The notes under the pieces are model-generated. The model ran no database searches. It saw nothing but the letters and a program-made list of their open reading frames with translations, and had not been told where the DNA came from. The translations under genes and the position numbers were made by a program. This document shows positions 18,001 through 26,158 of a DNA stretch of 42,341 nucleotides, piece by piece. The stretch is from Stellaceae bacterium (GTDB lineage: Bacteria > Pseudomonadota > Alphaproteobacteria > ATCC43930 > CGMCC-115725): contig DATNGE010000197.1 in assembly GCA_035606035.1 (NCBI GenBank), positions 1 to 42,341 on the forward strand, in the 5' to 3' direction. Position 1 is the first letter of the stretch, and every line of letters begins with the position of its first letter.

Positions 18001-18095
18001 GCTGCCGGCGCGGTGATGGCCGGGCGCAACGCCCGCCGCCGCCAGAGCGACAGCGGGGGCCACCCGAGCCCGAGCTTCATGACCTTACTCACCAT
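15039..18095 (-). CDS. sensor histidine kinase (TM - periplasmic Cache-like domain - TM - multiple PAS - HisKA - HATPase)
   Basis: The H-box is GGLAHELNNILAPV and the ATPase boxes are DDGCGM and GSGLGLSVV. Several PAS-like repeats are present, and two TM segments flank a roughly 280-aa periplasmic domain. The start is uncertain (ATG at 18095 or 18080; the track start at 18176 is TTG). Confidence 0.9.
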   Translation of the reverse strand: MVSKVMKLGLGWPPLSLWRRRALRPAITAPAAARHARPPRIIGYGAAFLIIALTSADGVAIWHLRQTAMENAEDSLGKLNRVLEEQSVRTLQGADLVLAAIDAEFASAGIRDAVQFRRSATSSDAHLGLARKISGLPQIAALFLVDASGAVLGNSGARLAREINIRNRADFALLRDHADLGTIISAPVVSQSEGVATIYLARRLSTVDGRFLGIVSAAIRLDYFENFYRDVSIGPGSAIALWRTDGTLVARYPAVPMDTKAVLDRSLLGDGRPSEKFGPVRIGNPVTGEPVVLAGQRLGTYPLIATTSLTIAGILSTWKIEAAIVAAVGLILSIAIAAIAVLFRRQFLAQLIMTRTYARLADESEARRDLVRAVERAEAIAAERRLAQEALQHSERRFRDIAEFSADWIWESDFNHRFTFLSGEGAQAVFGKTRWEVAGGDPVNDPYWRRHKADLDAHRPFRGFRFSITWPGSGTAQHFSASGKPIFDDEGRFQGYRGTITNETEAIVASQRARLADRLLRDAVDSISEGFVIFDAEDRLVMSNEAYRRMYPEIADLMVPGASFEDIVRAGVARGQFADAEGREEEWIDERIRQHRQTEGAVEQRLSGERWSLASERRMSDGGIAGLRIDITALKHAQFALNESRLRLDEAEKIAQLGCADFNIVTHKLTWSSETYRIFGLDPRELPPMGEAYLALVDPRDRARVGALWAELERGVKPAPIEYWIIRPDGQARLIHGEHEIIRDRSGMAARIVSTLQDVTAQRAAEQRSRELERLLIHSQKLEALGTMAGGLAHELNNILAPVLSLASVALEDFPADSATRRDLELVVVASQRARDLVRQVLAFGRKQTMEKKLIEPATTIRQTLRMMRATVPASIEIVEQIDAVPAILADPDQLQQVVVNLVTNAQQAIGERLGKITVSLTQNDDTADQNIRLVRLAVTDDGCGMEAVLAQRIFEPFFTTREADRGSGLGLSVVHGIVTSHGGRIDLRTAPGQGSEFAITLPAAERRELICLVQSAA

Positions 18096-18301
18096 GGGAA
18101 CCACGCCATCCTTTTTGCCCCCAAAGTCATCCGGCCAACGAGAGCGGCGTCGGCACTGCGCGGCGCTTTGTGGCAAGACTATGGCATGTGCTTGCCGACT
18201 CGTCCGACTCGGCGATTTACGTCGAACGAATGAAAAGCGGAATCATGATTGCATCCGCTGCGAGCGCATAATCGCGTCGCCGCGATTGGTGCGAGGAGCC
18301 G

Positions 18302-18514
18302 ATGACAGAACGAAAATTCGTCGTCACTTACGATGCGATCGCTGCCGACATCCTCGATAATGGTAGCGATCAGCCGGCGGCTCTCGTCCTCGTCGCGAGC
18401 AACCAGCAGCGGGTCCTCATCCGCATGGATCGGCACGCGATCGCGCGGCTGAAGAAACGCATCGAGCGAACGTTCTCGCGCCGCTATCGCGACGTCCCGC
18501 CGCTGCGTCCCTGA
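18302..18514 (+). CDS. hypothetical small protein (70 aa)
   Basis: ATG at 18302 follows GAGGAG. Third-position GC is high. A competing antisense ORF at 18179-18436 has no ribosome-binding site. Confidence 0.45.
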   Translation: MTERKFVVTYDAIAADILDNGSDQPAALVLVASNQQRVLIRMDRHAIARLKKRIERTFSRRYRDVPPLRP

Positions 18515-18842
18515 ATACCACCTAATCTCCCGCGCTATTGGCCTCGTTTGCTCCAGGGCGGCGTCCCGCCGACCTCTTAGCGGCCAGCTTTAAGCGGCGC
18601 ATGTATGGACGGCGGCGCGGCTCTTCTTGGCTCGCTGGAGCAAGGCCGCCATGCGGTTCCGTGCCGCATTCACGTCATCGCTATGAAAACTGTTTCGAAT
18701 TTTTCGCGCATTCGAATGATGAACGGCTGATGCGCTTACCGAAAGATTGCATTTAGCTGAACTTGTCTTCGTTCGTTCGACGCCGAAGGAAAGGGTTACG
18801 GTAGAGTTAGGGTTACCAACACGTTGCTTCCGGGTGCCTCGA

Positions 18843-20030
18843 ATGAGCTCAGTTCAGCACGGCGCGCACATGGCAAGGGTCGACAATTACGAAATCCTGC
18901 GCGACGACGCCATCGCCTCGCTATACGACGCGGCGATCGAGCCGGCGACGCGCCGCCGCGGCCTCAGCATGCTGGCGCAAACGCTCGAAGCGGCCGGCGC
19001 TTTCTATCTCGTCTGGGATAAAGAGAATAACGCGGTGGCGGATTGCATTGTGGCCGGCACCCTCTCGCCGGATTTCGTGACGCTCTACCGCACGCGTTGG
19101 GGCGCCGTCGATCCGCGCCGCCGCTTCCTCGAGCGCGCTCATGCCGAGAGCATCTTCGTCTCGCATTACGATCGCAGCGATGCGATCCTCGAGGATGGCG
19201 GCTTCGAGCGCGCGTTCCTCGCCGAGCAGGGGATCGGCCATAGCCTCGGCGCTAATCTTACCGAGATCGGCCGCGAGTATCGCCAGATCTATGTCGAGCG
19301 CGCCACCGGGCGCCCGCCGTTTTCGGCGGCCGAGGTGATCGAGTTCCGGCGCCTCGTCCACCACATGGCGAATGCCGAGCGCCTCTCGCGCGCGATTGAT
19401 GAACGCGCGCTCGATTGGGAATTGCCGCAACGCATCCTCGACAACATGTCTGTCGGGGCGCTCGTCGCCGATCAAAGCGGCCAGGTGCGCTTCGCCAACG
19501 CCGCCGCCGAGGAGATCCTTGCCGAGAATGACGGGCTCGGACGGCGTGATAACCGCATCCAGGCGGCGCGCTCTTTCGAGACCAACAGCCTGCTCGCGGC
19601 GCTGCGCGACGCGGCGGTGACGGGACGTGCGGAAAAACGAGAAGGCGGCGCGCTGCTCATCGCTCGCCCTTCCGGCAAGCTGCCTTACGCGGTCGTGGTA
19701 ATGCCGCTGACCGCCACCGGCGGCGCCGAGGGCAAGGGGGCGCGGGCACTCGTCTTCGTGAGCGATCTTGCGCATCGCAACAACGAGCTTGCGCCGCGCT
19801 TGAGCCAGCTCTTCGGCCTCTCCAAAGCCGAGGCTCGGGTGGCTGCCGGCATCGCCGAGGGACGGCGCCTGACCGAGATTGCTCAGGAATTCGACGTGCG
19901 CATGCCGACGGTGCGCACGCAGCTGCGCGCCGTGCTGAAGAAGGTCGGCGCGAGCCGTCAGGCGGATCTGGTGCGGATCGTTCTCGCACTGCCGCCGATG
20001 CTGACGCCGGGGGCGGAGCCGCTGCGCTGA
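18843..20030 (+). CDS. LuxR-family transcriptional regulator with a large N-terminal sensor-like region
   Basis: The C-terminal HTH reads LSKAEARVAAGIAEGRRLTEIAQEFDVRMPTVRTQLRAVLKKVG. A PAS-like segment MSVGALVADQSGQVRFANAAAEEIL is present. The start is uncertain (ATG at 18843 or 18870; neither has a clear SD). Confidence 0.8.
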   Translation: MSSVQHGAHMARVDNYEILRDDAIASLYDAAIEPATRRRGLSMLAQTLEAAGAFYLVWDKENNAVADCIVAGTLSPDFVTLYRTRWGAVDPRRRFLERAHAESIFVSHYDRSDAILEDGGFERAFLAEQGIGHSLGANLTEIGREYRQIYVERATGRPPFSAAEVIEFRRLVHHMANAERLSRAIDERALDWELPQRILDNMSVGALVADQSGQVRFANAAAEEILAENDGLGRRDNRIQAARSFETNSLLAALRDAAVTGRAEKREGGALLIARPSGKLPYAVVVMPLTATGGAEGKGARALVFVSDLAHRNNELAPRLSQLFGLSKAEARVAAGIAEGRRLTEIAQEFDVRMPTVRTQLRAVLKKVGASRQADLVRIVLALPPMLTPGAEPLR

Positions 20031-20033
20031 TTC

Positions 20034-20435
20034 TTAGCGCGCGGCCGGCGCGGCGCCGGCATTGTCGCCGGCGAGGTTCTCGAGCAGGCTGGGCAGGCCG
20101 AACAGCTCGTCGCCGAGATAGTGTTGCTCGCTTTCGCCAACCGCGATCTCGACCGCGGCGGCAAGGATGTCCTGCACGGTCTTCTGCGGATCGGGCGCGA
20201 GCAGCGTCTCATCGAGCGCGCCATCGATTTCCGCTTCGACCTCGCGCAGCACGCGCGCGGCGAGTCGCCACGCATCGCGATCGATTTTGTCCCGCGCCGG
20301 CCCCATCGTTGCGGTGACGTCGCGTGCGCCGAGCGCGCCGGCGATGAAGCTGGTGAAATGGCCCACCAGCGCGCGTTTCACGCCATCGCCGATCTCGATC
20401 GTGAGGTAGCAGTCGGTCCAATCGATCGCCGTCAT
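20034..20435 (-). CDS. hypothetical acidic protein (133 aa)
   Basis: ATG is at 20435 (the codon at 20450 is TTG). Codon bias looks coding. I recognise no motif. Confidence 0.5.
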   Translation of the reverse strand: MTAIDWTDCYLTIEIGDGVKRALVGHFTSFIAGALGARDVTATMGPARDKIDRDAWRLAARVLREVEAEIDGALDETLLAPDPQKTVQDILAAAVEIAVGESEQHYLGDELFGLPSLLENLAGDNAGAAPAAR

Positions 20436-20563
20436 GTCGGCCAGTCCCAAAGTCGCGCTTGTTCAGATCCAGCGCGACCTTAGGGCGCCTGGCTTAACGG
20501 AGACTTTCCGAGCCCGCGGGCATGGCCGCGGGATTTCATCCGTTCGGATGAGGGCCCATTCGA

Positions 20564-20989
20564 TTAGATCGGGCCGCCGAGTTCCGCCAGCGCGAGGCGC
20601 GTTATCTGCGCACCCGAGGATTTCCGGCCCGAATTGTCGGGTGCCATCGGTCGCACGACCTCGCCCGGCTGCGCCAAAGCAACGAGCGTCAACGGCTTGC
20701 GCTGCGGCTTCGAGCCCACGGCGATAATGCCGTCATGGCCCATCTGCACGATCTCGCGCCGCAAGGTCCACGCGCCGGACAGCGCCGTCATGCGATCCGC
20801 CGAGTTGGTGCCGTATTTCTGCACCAGCATGCGGACCTGGCGCTCGTTGAGGATGAGCGGCGATTCGAGGGTCACGTCGACCAGGTCTTCCGGTTCAGCG
20901 TCGGGCGCGGCGTCGCGCGCTCGATAGTAGGTGCCGACGCCCAGATAGGGGCTCGCATCGCGCCACGGCGCGACCATCATTTTGAACAT
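20564..20989 (-). CDS. hypothetical protein (141 aa)
   Basis: ATG at 20989 has AGAGGGA about 8 nt upstream. A 240-bp lower-GC region lies upstream. I recognise no motif. Confidence 0.6.
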   Translation of the reverse strand: MFKMMVAPWRDASPYLGVGTYYRARDAAPDAEPEDLVDVTLESPLILNERQVRMLVQKYGTNSADRMTALSGAWTLRREIVQMGHDGIIAVGSKPQRKPLTLVALAQPGEVVRPMAPDNSGRKSSGAQITRLALAELGGPI

Positions 20990-21229
20990 CGATTAGTCCC
21001 TCTTCGGCCGGCCCCGGTTGCATCGCCACCACCGGTGCCAAGTTATGCCCCCGCTCATTCGCGATCGTTTTGGGATGCTTCGAGTGCTCCCGTTGATCGC
21101 TTGCTTTCATATAAGGGCATTCATCGCGCGCATCGCCACCTTTAAATAAATCTATCGCGCGCAATTTTAGATGTTTTGCCGCGACAGCGGCGCGCTTGAC
21201 TCGGCGCGAAAAAATAATCGTTCAGACGA

Positions 21230-23107
21230 TCATTTGCCGAGCGCGCGCTTCGCTTTTTCGCCGCTCGGCGACGCGCGCTTGGCGCGGAGAAGATCCTCGA
21301 TCTTCGCCGCCAGATTCGCCACGGTTTGCGCTTCGAAAAGATGCCATTGCGTCAGCTCGACGCCGAAAGCCTCGCGCGCGCGAATGACGACTTGCGCACC
21401 GAGCGAGGAATGGCCGCCGATGAGGAAGAAATTGTCGTCCGCGCCGATGCCTTCGGCGCTGAGCACTTCCGCGACGATAGCGGCGAGCCTGATCTCGGTC
21501 GGCGTCGAGGGTGCGCGGAAGCCGGCGTGATCGAGCGCATTCTCGCGCGTCGGCTCGGGCAGCGCGTTCCGGTCGAGCTTGCCGCTCGCCGTCAGCGGCA
21601 GCTCGGCGAGGCCGACGAAAGCCGCCGGCATCATGTATTCCGGCAGCGTTTGCGCGAGAAAGGCGCGCAGCTCTCCCGCGATGCCGCTCCGCTCGGCCGC
21701 CGCGACGATATAGGCGACGAGATATTTCTCGCCTTGCGCATTCTCGCGCGGCATGACGGCGCAAGACGCGATGGCGGGATGGCGCGCGAGCGTGGCGGCG
21801 ATGCCGTCGGGCTCGACGCGATAGCCGCGGACCATCACCTGATGGTCGATCCGGCCGCGGAAACAAATCTCGCCGTTCGGCAGCATGCTCGCGAGATCGC
21901 CCGTGCGGTAGAGCCGCGCGTCCGGCTCGCCGCCGAAACGGTCGGCGAGGAAGCGCTCCGCGGTGAGCTCGGGCTGATTGCGATAGCCGCGGCCAACGCC
22001 ATGGCCGCCGATGCACAGCTCGCCCGGCCAGCCCAGCGGAACAGGCTCGCCCTCGTCATCGAGGATGTGAATCGTCGCGCCCGCGATCGCTTTCCCGATC
22101 GAAGGCAGCGCGCCGTCGACACTCCGCGTCGGCATCACGCCGGACGTGGCGACGATCGTGCATTCCGTCGGGCCGTAATTGTTGACGACGGCGAAAGGCA
22201 GATCGGGCCGCGGGAAGACATGCAGCGTGTCGCCGCCGGTGAGCAGAAAGCGGAGCCGCGCCGCGGCTGGCCATTCCGTGGTGATCAGCAGCTCGGCGAG
22301 CGGCGTGGGCGCGAAAGCGATCGAAACCTGCTCGGCGCAGAGCCATTGTTTCAGCCGGATCGCGGAGCCGCGCGCCGCGTCGTCGGCGAGGGTCAGCGTC
22401 GCGCCCGCACCGAGGCACGCCCACACTTCCCAGATTGCGGCATCGCATCCAAGACCGGCGATGTGGCTTGCCGTATCGGCGGCGGTCAGATCGAACGCGG
22501 CGTGATGCCAATCGACGAGATGCGCGAGATTGCCATGCGTGATCTCGGCGCCTTTCGGCGCGCCGGTCGAGCCGGACGTATAGATCACATAGGCGAGGTC
22601 GTGCGGATGATTGGTCTCGCGCACGGCGCGCACCGCGAATTGCGCCAAGGCGTTGCCCTGCGCATCGAGCGCAACCGGCAGCCGGGAGAGGCTGGCGAGG
22701 CGATTGACGCTGCCCGCGCGGCCGATGACGGCGAGGGCCTTGGCGTCGTCGAGCAGGTGGCGCAGCCGCGCTTCCGGCGCGGACGGATCGAGCGGCAACA
22801 ACGCGCCGCCGGCGCGCCACACGCCGAGACAGGCAATGATGCGCTCGAAGCTGCGCTCGAGCGCAATACCGACGACCGTCTCGCGACCGACGCCGATCGA
22901 GCGAAGATAGCCGGCGACGGCATCGGCGCGCTGATCGAGCTCGCCATAGGTCATCACCCGGCCGCCGGCGCGCACAGCGGCCGCGCGCGGCGCCGCGCTC
23001 GCGTGGTCCGCCACGCGCTGGGGCACACTTTGATGAACTTGCTCGCCTGCCTCGATCCGCTTGGCCTGGACGCTTTCTGCGCCGCTGCTCTTCTGCTGCT
23101 TCCACAT
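21230..23107 (-). CDS. free-standing NRPS adenylation-thiolation (A-T) didomain protein
   Basis: A-domain motifs present are A3 YTSGSTGAPKG, A5 NNYGPTE, A7 YRTGD, A8 GRIDHQVMVRGYRVE and A10 SGKLDR. The carrier motif is DNFFLIGGHSSLG. No C, TE or R domain is present. ATG is at 23107 (GTG at 23110 is possible). Confidence 0.9.
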   Translation of the reverse strand: MWKQQKSSGAESVQAKRIEAGEQVHQSVPQRVADHASAAPRAAAVRAGGRVMTYGELDQRADAVAGYLRSIGVGRETVVGIALERSFERIIACLGVWRAGGALLPLDPSAPEARLRHLLDDAKALAVIGRAGSVNRLASLSRLPVALDAQGNALAQFAVRAVRETNHPHDLAYVIYTSGSTGAPKGAEITHGNLAHLVDWHHAAFDLTAADTASHIAGLGCDAAIWEVWACLGAGATLTLADDAARGSAIRLKQWLCAEQVSIAFAPTPLAELLITTEWPAAARLRFLLTGGDTLHVFPRPDLPFAVVNNYGPTECTIVATSGVMPTRSVDGALPSIGKAIAGATIHILDDEGEPVPLGWPGELCIGGHGVGRGYRNQPELTAERFLADRFGGEPDARLYRTGDLASMLPNGEICFRGRIDHQVMVRGYRVEPDGIAATLARHPAIASCAVMPRENAQGEKYLVAYIVAAAERSGIAGELRAFLAQTLPEYMMPAAFVGLAELPLTASGKLDRNALPEPTRENALDHAGFRAPSTPTEIRLAAIVAEVLSAEGIGADDNFFLIGGHSSLGAQVVIRAREAFGVELTQWHLFEAQTVANLAAKIEDLLRAKRASPSGEKAKRALGK

Positions 23108-23305
23108 CACGATTGAGCAAGCCAGAGACAGATTAGATTTCCGTTACCCCTGCGGTTTCCGCGGCTTAGCGGCTGGGGATTTTGGCTTCGCGCTGTGGGC
23201 AATAACGGGCTTTGCACGCTTTTTGTTTACCTTGACGCGCATTTACCATGTTGCGTGCCGGCCGAAAAAGCGCAAAAACCCCGCCACGATTCGAAGGAGA
23301 TTTCG

Positions 23306-24880
23306 ATGGTGCATAAAGTGACGGTCGAGGGCCGGGAGATGGACCTCGACAAATTTCGGCTGCGGAATTTTGTCGGCAAGCTCGCCGAGATCGGCGAACT
23401 CGAGGTCCATGAAGAGCCGGTCGCGCTCGCCGATCTGAGCCATGTCATCGAGAGCAGCCCCAAGGCACAGCTCTTCAAGAATGTCGGCGCCGAGCATTTC
23501 GAGGTGGTCGCGGCCACCGCCGGCAGCCGCAAACGCCTCGCTGCCGCTTTCGGGGTCGAGCCGGCGAAGGCGGTTTCCGAATTCGCGCGGCGTATCGAGA
23601 CGCCGCAGCCGATCGTCAAGATCGCCTCAGCCGATGCGCCTGTCCATCAGGTGATCAAAACCGGCGACCAGATCGATCTCACCAAGCTGCCCTTCCATCC
23701 GCAGCATGAATTCGACGGCGGGACTTATATCTCGTCGGGTATCGACTATTCGATCGACCCGGCGACCGGCCGCGCCAATATCGGCTGCCGCCGCCTGATG
23801 CTGCGCTCGAAGGACACGATGCGCGCCAATCTCACGGCCAATTCCGATCTCAAGAAGATCTACAAGGCCTGCGTCGAGCGGAAGGAGAAGCTGCCGGTAA
23901 GCTTCGTCATCGGCTCGCATCCGATCGATTTCCTCGCCGCGGTCCAGCGCCGCCCCGGCGACGAGCGCAACATCCTCGCCAGTCTGCGCGGCGAGCCGGC
24001 GCCGCTGGTGAAGAGCGTCACCAATGACGTGCTCGTCCCCGCCGACGCCGAGATGGTGATCGAGGGCTATTTCGACGAGCTCGGCTATCGCGAGATGGAA
24101 GGGCCCTATGGCGAGATGTGGGGCTATTACGGCCCGATGCATATCGATCCCGTCTTCACCGTCACCGCGATCACGCAGCGTAAGGACGTCCTCTATCAAA
24201 CCGTGCTGCATTCGAGCCATATCCTCGCGCGTGGCGATTCACCCAATATGAGCGCGCTTGGCACCGAGCTCTCGATCTGGCGCAATCTGCGCAAGGCCGG
24301 CATCGAGCCCGCGGCGGTTGCGATGGGACCGGGGCTGCGTCTTCATGGCCGCGTCGCCCTGAAGCGCGGCAAGCCGGGCGAGGCGCGTCAGGCGCTCGAG
24401 GTGCTGCTGAAAGAGACGCCGTGCAAGCATGTCGTCGTCGTCGACGACGATATCGACGTGTCGCAATCGGATCAGGTCGAATGGGCGCTCTGTACGCGCT
24501 TCCGCGCCGATCGCGACCTCATTCTCGAGCAGGGCCATGAGGGCGCCTACATGGATCCCACCATGTTCGAGGAGTCCGAGGCGGCGAAGATGGGCTTCGA
24601 TGCGACGGCGCCTTACGGGCGCGAGGATCGGGTCGATTTCTGGCGGCCGCGCGCGCCGCATCTGACCGGCACGCCGCGCTACCAGACCGTGCGCCAGGCG
24701 CTCGAGGCGCAGCCGCTCTTCTTCACGCAGCTCATGGAAGCGGTCGGCAGCCGCGACGGGCGCGAGGTCGCGATGGAGCTTTACCGGCTGCGCGAGGAAG
24801 GCGTGCTCGATCGCCAGCCCAATGGCGAATGGAAGATCGGCAAGACCGGCACCGCGGAATCGAAATACATCGGTCACTGA
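23306..24880 (+). CDS. UbiD-family (prFMN-dependent) decarboxylase with a C-terminal extension
   Basis: ATG at 23306 follows AAGGAGA. UbiD-like segments include GGTYISSGIDYSIDPATGRANIG, VPADAEMVIEGYF and EGPYGEMWGYYG. Confidence 0.85.
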   Translation: MVHKVTVEGREMDLDKFRLRNFVGKLAEIGELEVHEEPVALADLSHVIESSPKAQLFKNVGAEHFEVVAATAGSRKRLAAAFGVEPAKAVSEFARRIETPQPIVKIASADAPVHQVIKTGDQIDLTKLPFHPQHEFDGGTYISSGIDYSIDPATGRANIGCRRLMLRSKDTMRANLTANSDLKKIYKACVERKEKLPVSFVIGSHPIDFLAAVQRRPGDERNILASLRGEPAPLVKSVTNDVLVPADAEMVIEGYFDELGYREMEGPYGEMWGYYGPMHIDPVFTVTAITQRKDVLYQTVLHSSHILARGDSPNMSALGTELSIWRNLRKAGIEPAAVAMGPGLRLHGRVALKRGKPGEARQALEVLLKETPCKHVVVVDDDIDVSQSDQVEWALCTRFRADRDLILEQGHEGAYMDPTMFEESEAAKMGFDATAPYGREDRVDFWRPRAPHLTGTPRYQTVRQALEAQPLFFTQLMEAVGSRDGREVAMELYRLREEGVLDRQPNGEWKIGKTGTAESKYIGH

Positions 24881-24949
24881 TGGAGGCGGGCGGGCGATCG
24901 CGATTCCGACGTCCGCGCCCGCGAACGAATGACAACAGGGGAGGGTGGG

Positions 24950-26149
24950 ATGCGCAAGTTCTTTGCTGTCGCTTTGGGTGTTGCGGGTGCCGCGTTCTTA
25001 TTGGCGCCCGGTGTCGTCATGGCGCAAACAGTTGTGAAAGTCGGGGTGATCAACACCTATTCCGGCTCCGAGGCGCAGACCGGCGACATGATGGACAAGG
25101 GCATCAAGCTCTATGTCAAAGAGCATCAGAAGGATCTGCCGCCGGGCGTCACCGTCGAGCTCGTGGTGCGCGACGATACGGGACCCAATCCCGAGGTCGC
25201 GAAACGCGTCGCGCAGGAACTGATCACGCGCGAGCATGTGCAATTCCTGACCGGTGTGGTGTGGACGCCAAACGCCGCGGCGATCGCGCCGCTGACAGCC
25301 GAAGCGAAAGTTCCGTTCGTGATCATGAACGCGGCGGGCGTGACGCTGACGCGCATGTCGCCCTATATCATCCGCGTTTCCTATACCTTGCCCCAGCTCG
25401 TGACGCCGCTCGGCACCTGGGCGGCGCAGCAGGGCTGGAAGAAGGGCTATACCGCGGTGCCTGATTTTGCGCCGGGGCAAGAGAGCGAGACCGCCTTCGC
25501 CAAGGCGTTCACCGCAGCCGGCGGCGAGATGGTCGGCTCGGTGCGCTATCCGGTGGTCAACCCGGATTTTGCCCCGTTTCTCGCGCGCGCCAAGGATGTG
25601 AAGCCGGACGTGATGTACATCTTTTGCATCTCCGGCAAGCAATCGACCGCGATCATGAAGACGATGGCCGATCTCGGCATGCGGACCGCCGGTATCCATC
25701 CGGTGTCGGGAATCGATCTGACGACCGATGAAGAGCTGCCGAATATGGGCGACATCGCGATCGGCGTGAACAGCGCGGCGAATTATTCCGCCGCCGGGCA
25801 GCGGCCGCAAAACAAGGCTTTCCTCGCCGCATGGAAGCGCGATTACGGCGACCAGCTCGTGCCGAACCCCTTCTCGGTCCAAGGCTGGGACGGGATGGCG
25901 GCGATCTTCGATGTCGTGAAAGCGACCAAGGGCAAGTTCACCGGCGACGAGGCGATGAAGCTGCTCAGCAATTGGAAGAATCCCGACAGCCCGCGCGGGC
26001 CGATCGCGATCGATCCCGAGACGCGCGACATTGTGCAGAACATCTACATCCGCAAGGTCGATAAGGCCGATGGCCGCCTCGCCAATGTCGAGATCGTCAC
26101 CTTCGATCAGGTGAAAGATCCGTGGAAGGCGGAGAACCCGGCGAAGTAA
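24950..26149 (+). CDS. ABC transporter substrate-binding protein, Leu/Ile/Val-binding (LivK/Peripla_BP_6) type
   Basis: The signal peptide is MRKFFAVALGVAGAAFLLAPGVVMAQT, followed by VKVGVINTYSGS, which is typical of the family. ATG at 24950 follows GGGGAGGG. Confidence 0.9.
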   Translation: MRKFFAVALGVAGAAFLLAPGVVMAQTVVKVGVINTYSGSEAQTGDMMDKGIKLYVKEHQKDLPPGVTVELVVRDDTGPNPEVAKRVAQELITREHVQFLTGVVWTPNAAAIAPLTAEAKVPFVIMNAAGVTLTRMSPYIIRVSYTLPQLVTPLGTWAAQQGWKKGYTAVPDFAPGQESETAFAKAFTAAGGEMVGSVRYPVVNPDFAPFLARAKDVKPDVMYIFCISGKQSTAIMKTMADLGMRTAGIHPVSGIDLTTDEELPNMGDIAIGVNSAANYSAAGQRPQNKAFLAAWKRDYGDQLVPNPFSVQGWDGMAAIFDVVKATKGKFTGDEAMKLLSNWKNPDSPRGPIAIDPETRDIVQNIYIRKVDKADGRLANVEIVTFDQVKDPWKAENPAK

Positions 26150-26158
26150 AACGCGACG

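Noticed and set aside
14979-18233. A 1084-aa plus-strand ORF covering the whole histidine kinase locus
   Set aside because: It is an antisense shadow ORF typical of high-GC DNA. Its composition is rich in Arg, Ala, Asp and His with no motifs, whereas the minus-strand frame encodes a complete kinase with H-, N- and G-boxes.
18179-18436. An 85-aa minus-strand ORF in the kinase/LuxR spacer
   Set aside because: It competes with the plus-strand 70-aa ORF, which has a strong SD and better codon bias. The minus ORF has no ribosome-binding site.
21017-21041. A sigma-54-like TGGCAC...TGCA motif (minus strand) upstream of the 141-aa ORF
   Set aside because: After TGGCAC the -12 element does not fit. 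With the required 5-nt spacer the sequence is GTGG instead of TTGC, and the better TGGC match needs a 6-nt spacer. Sigma-54 promoters do not tolerate that change.
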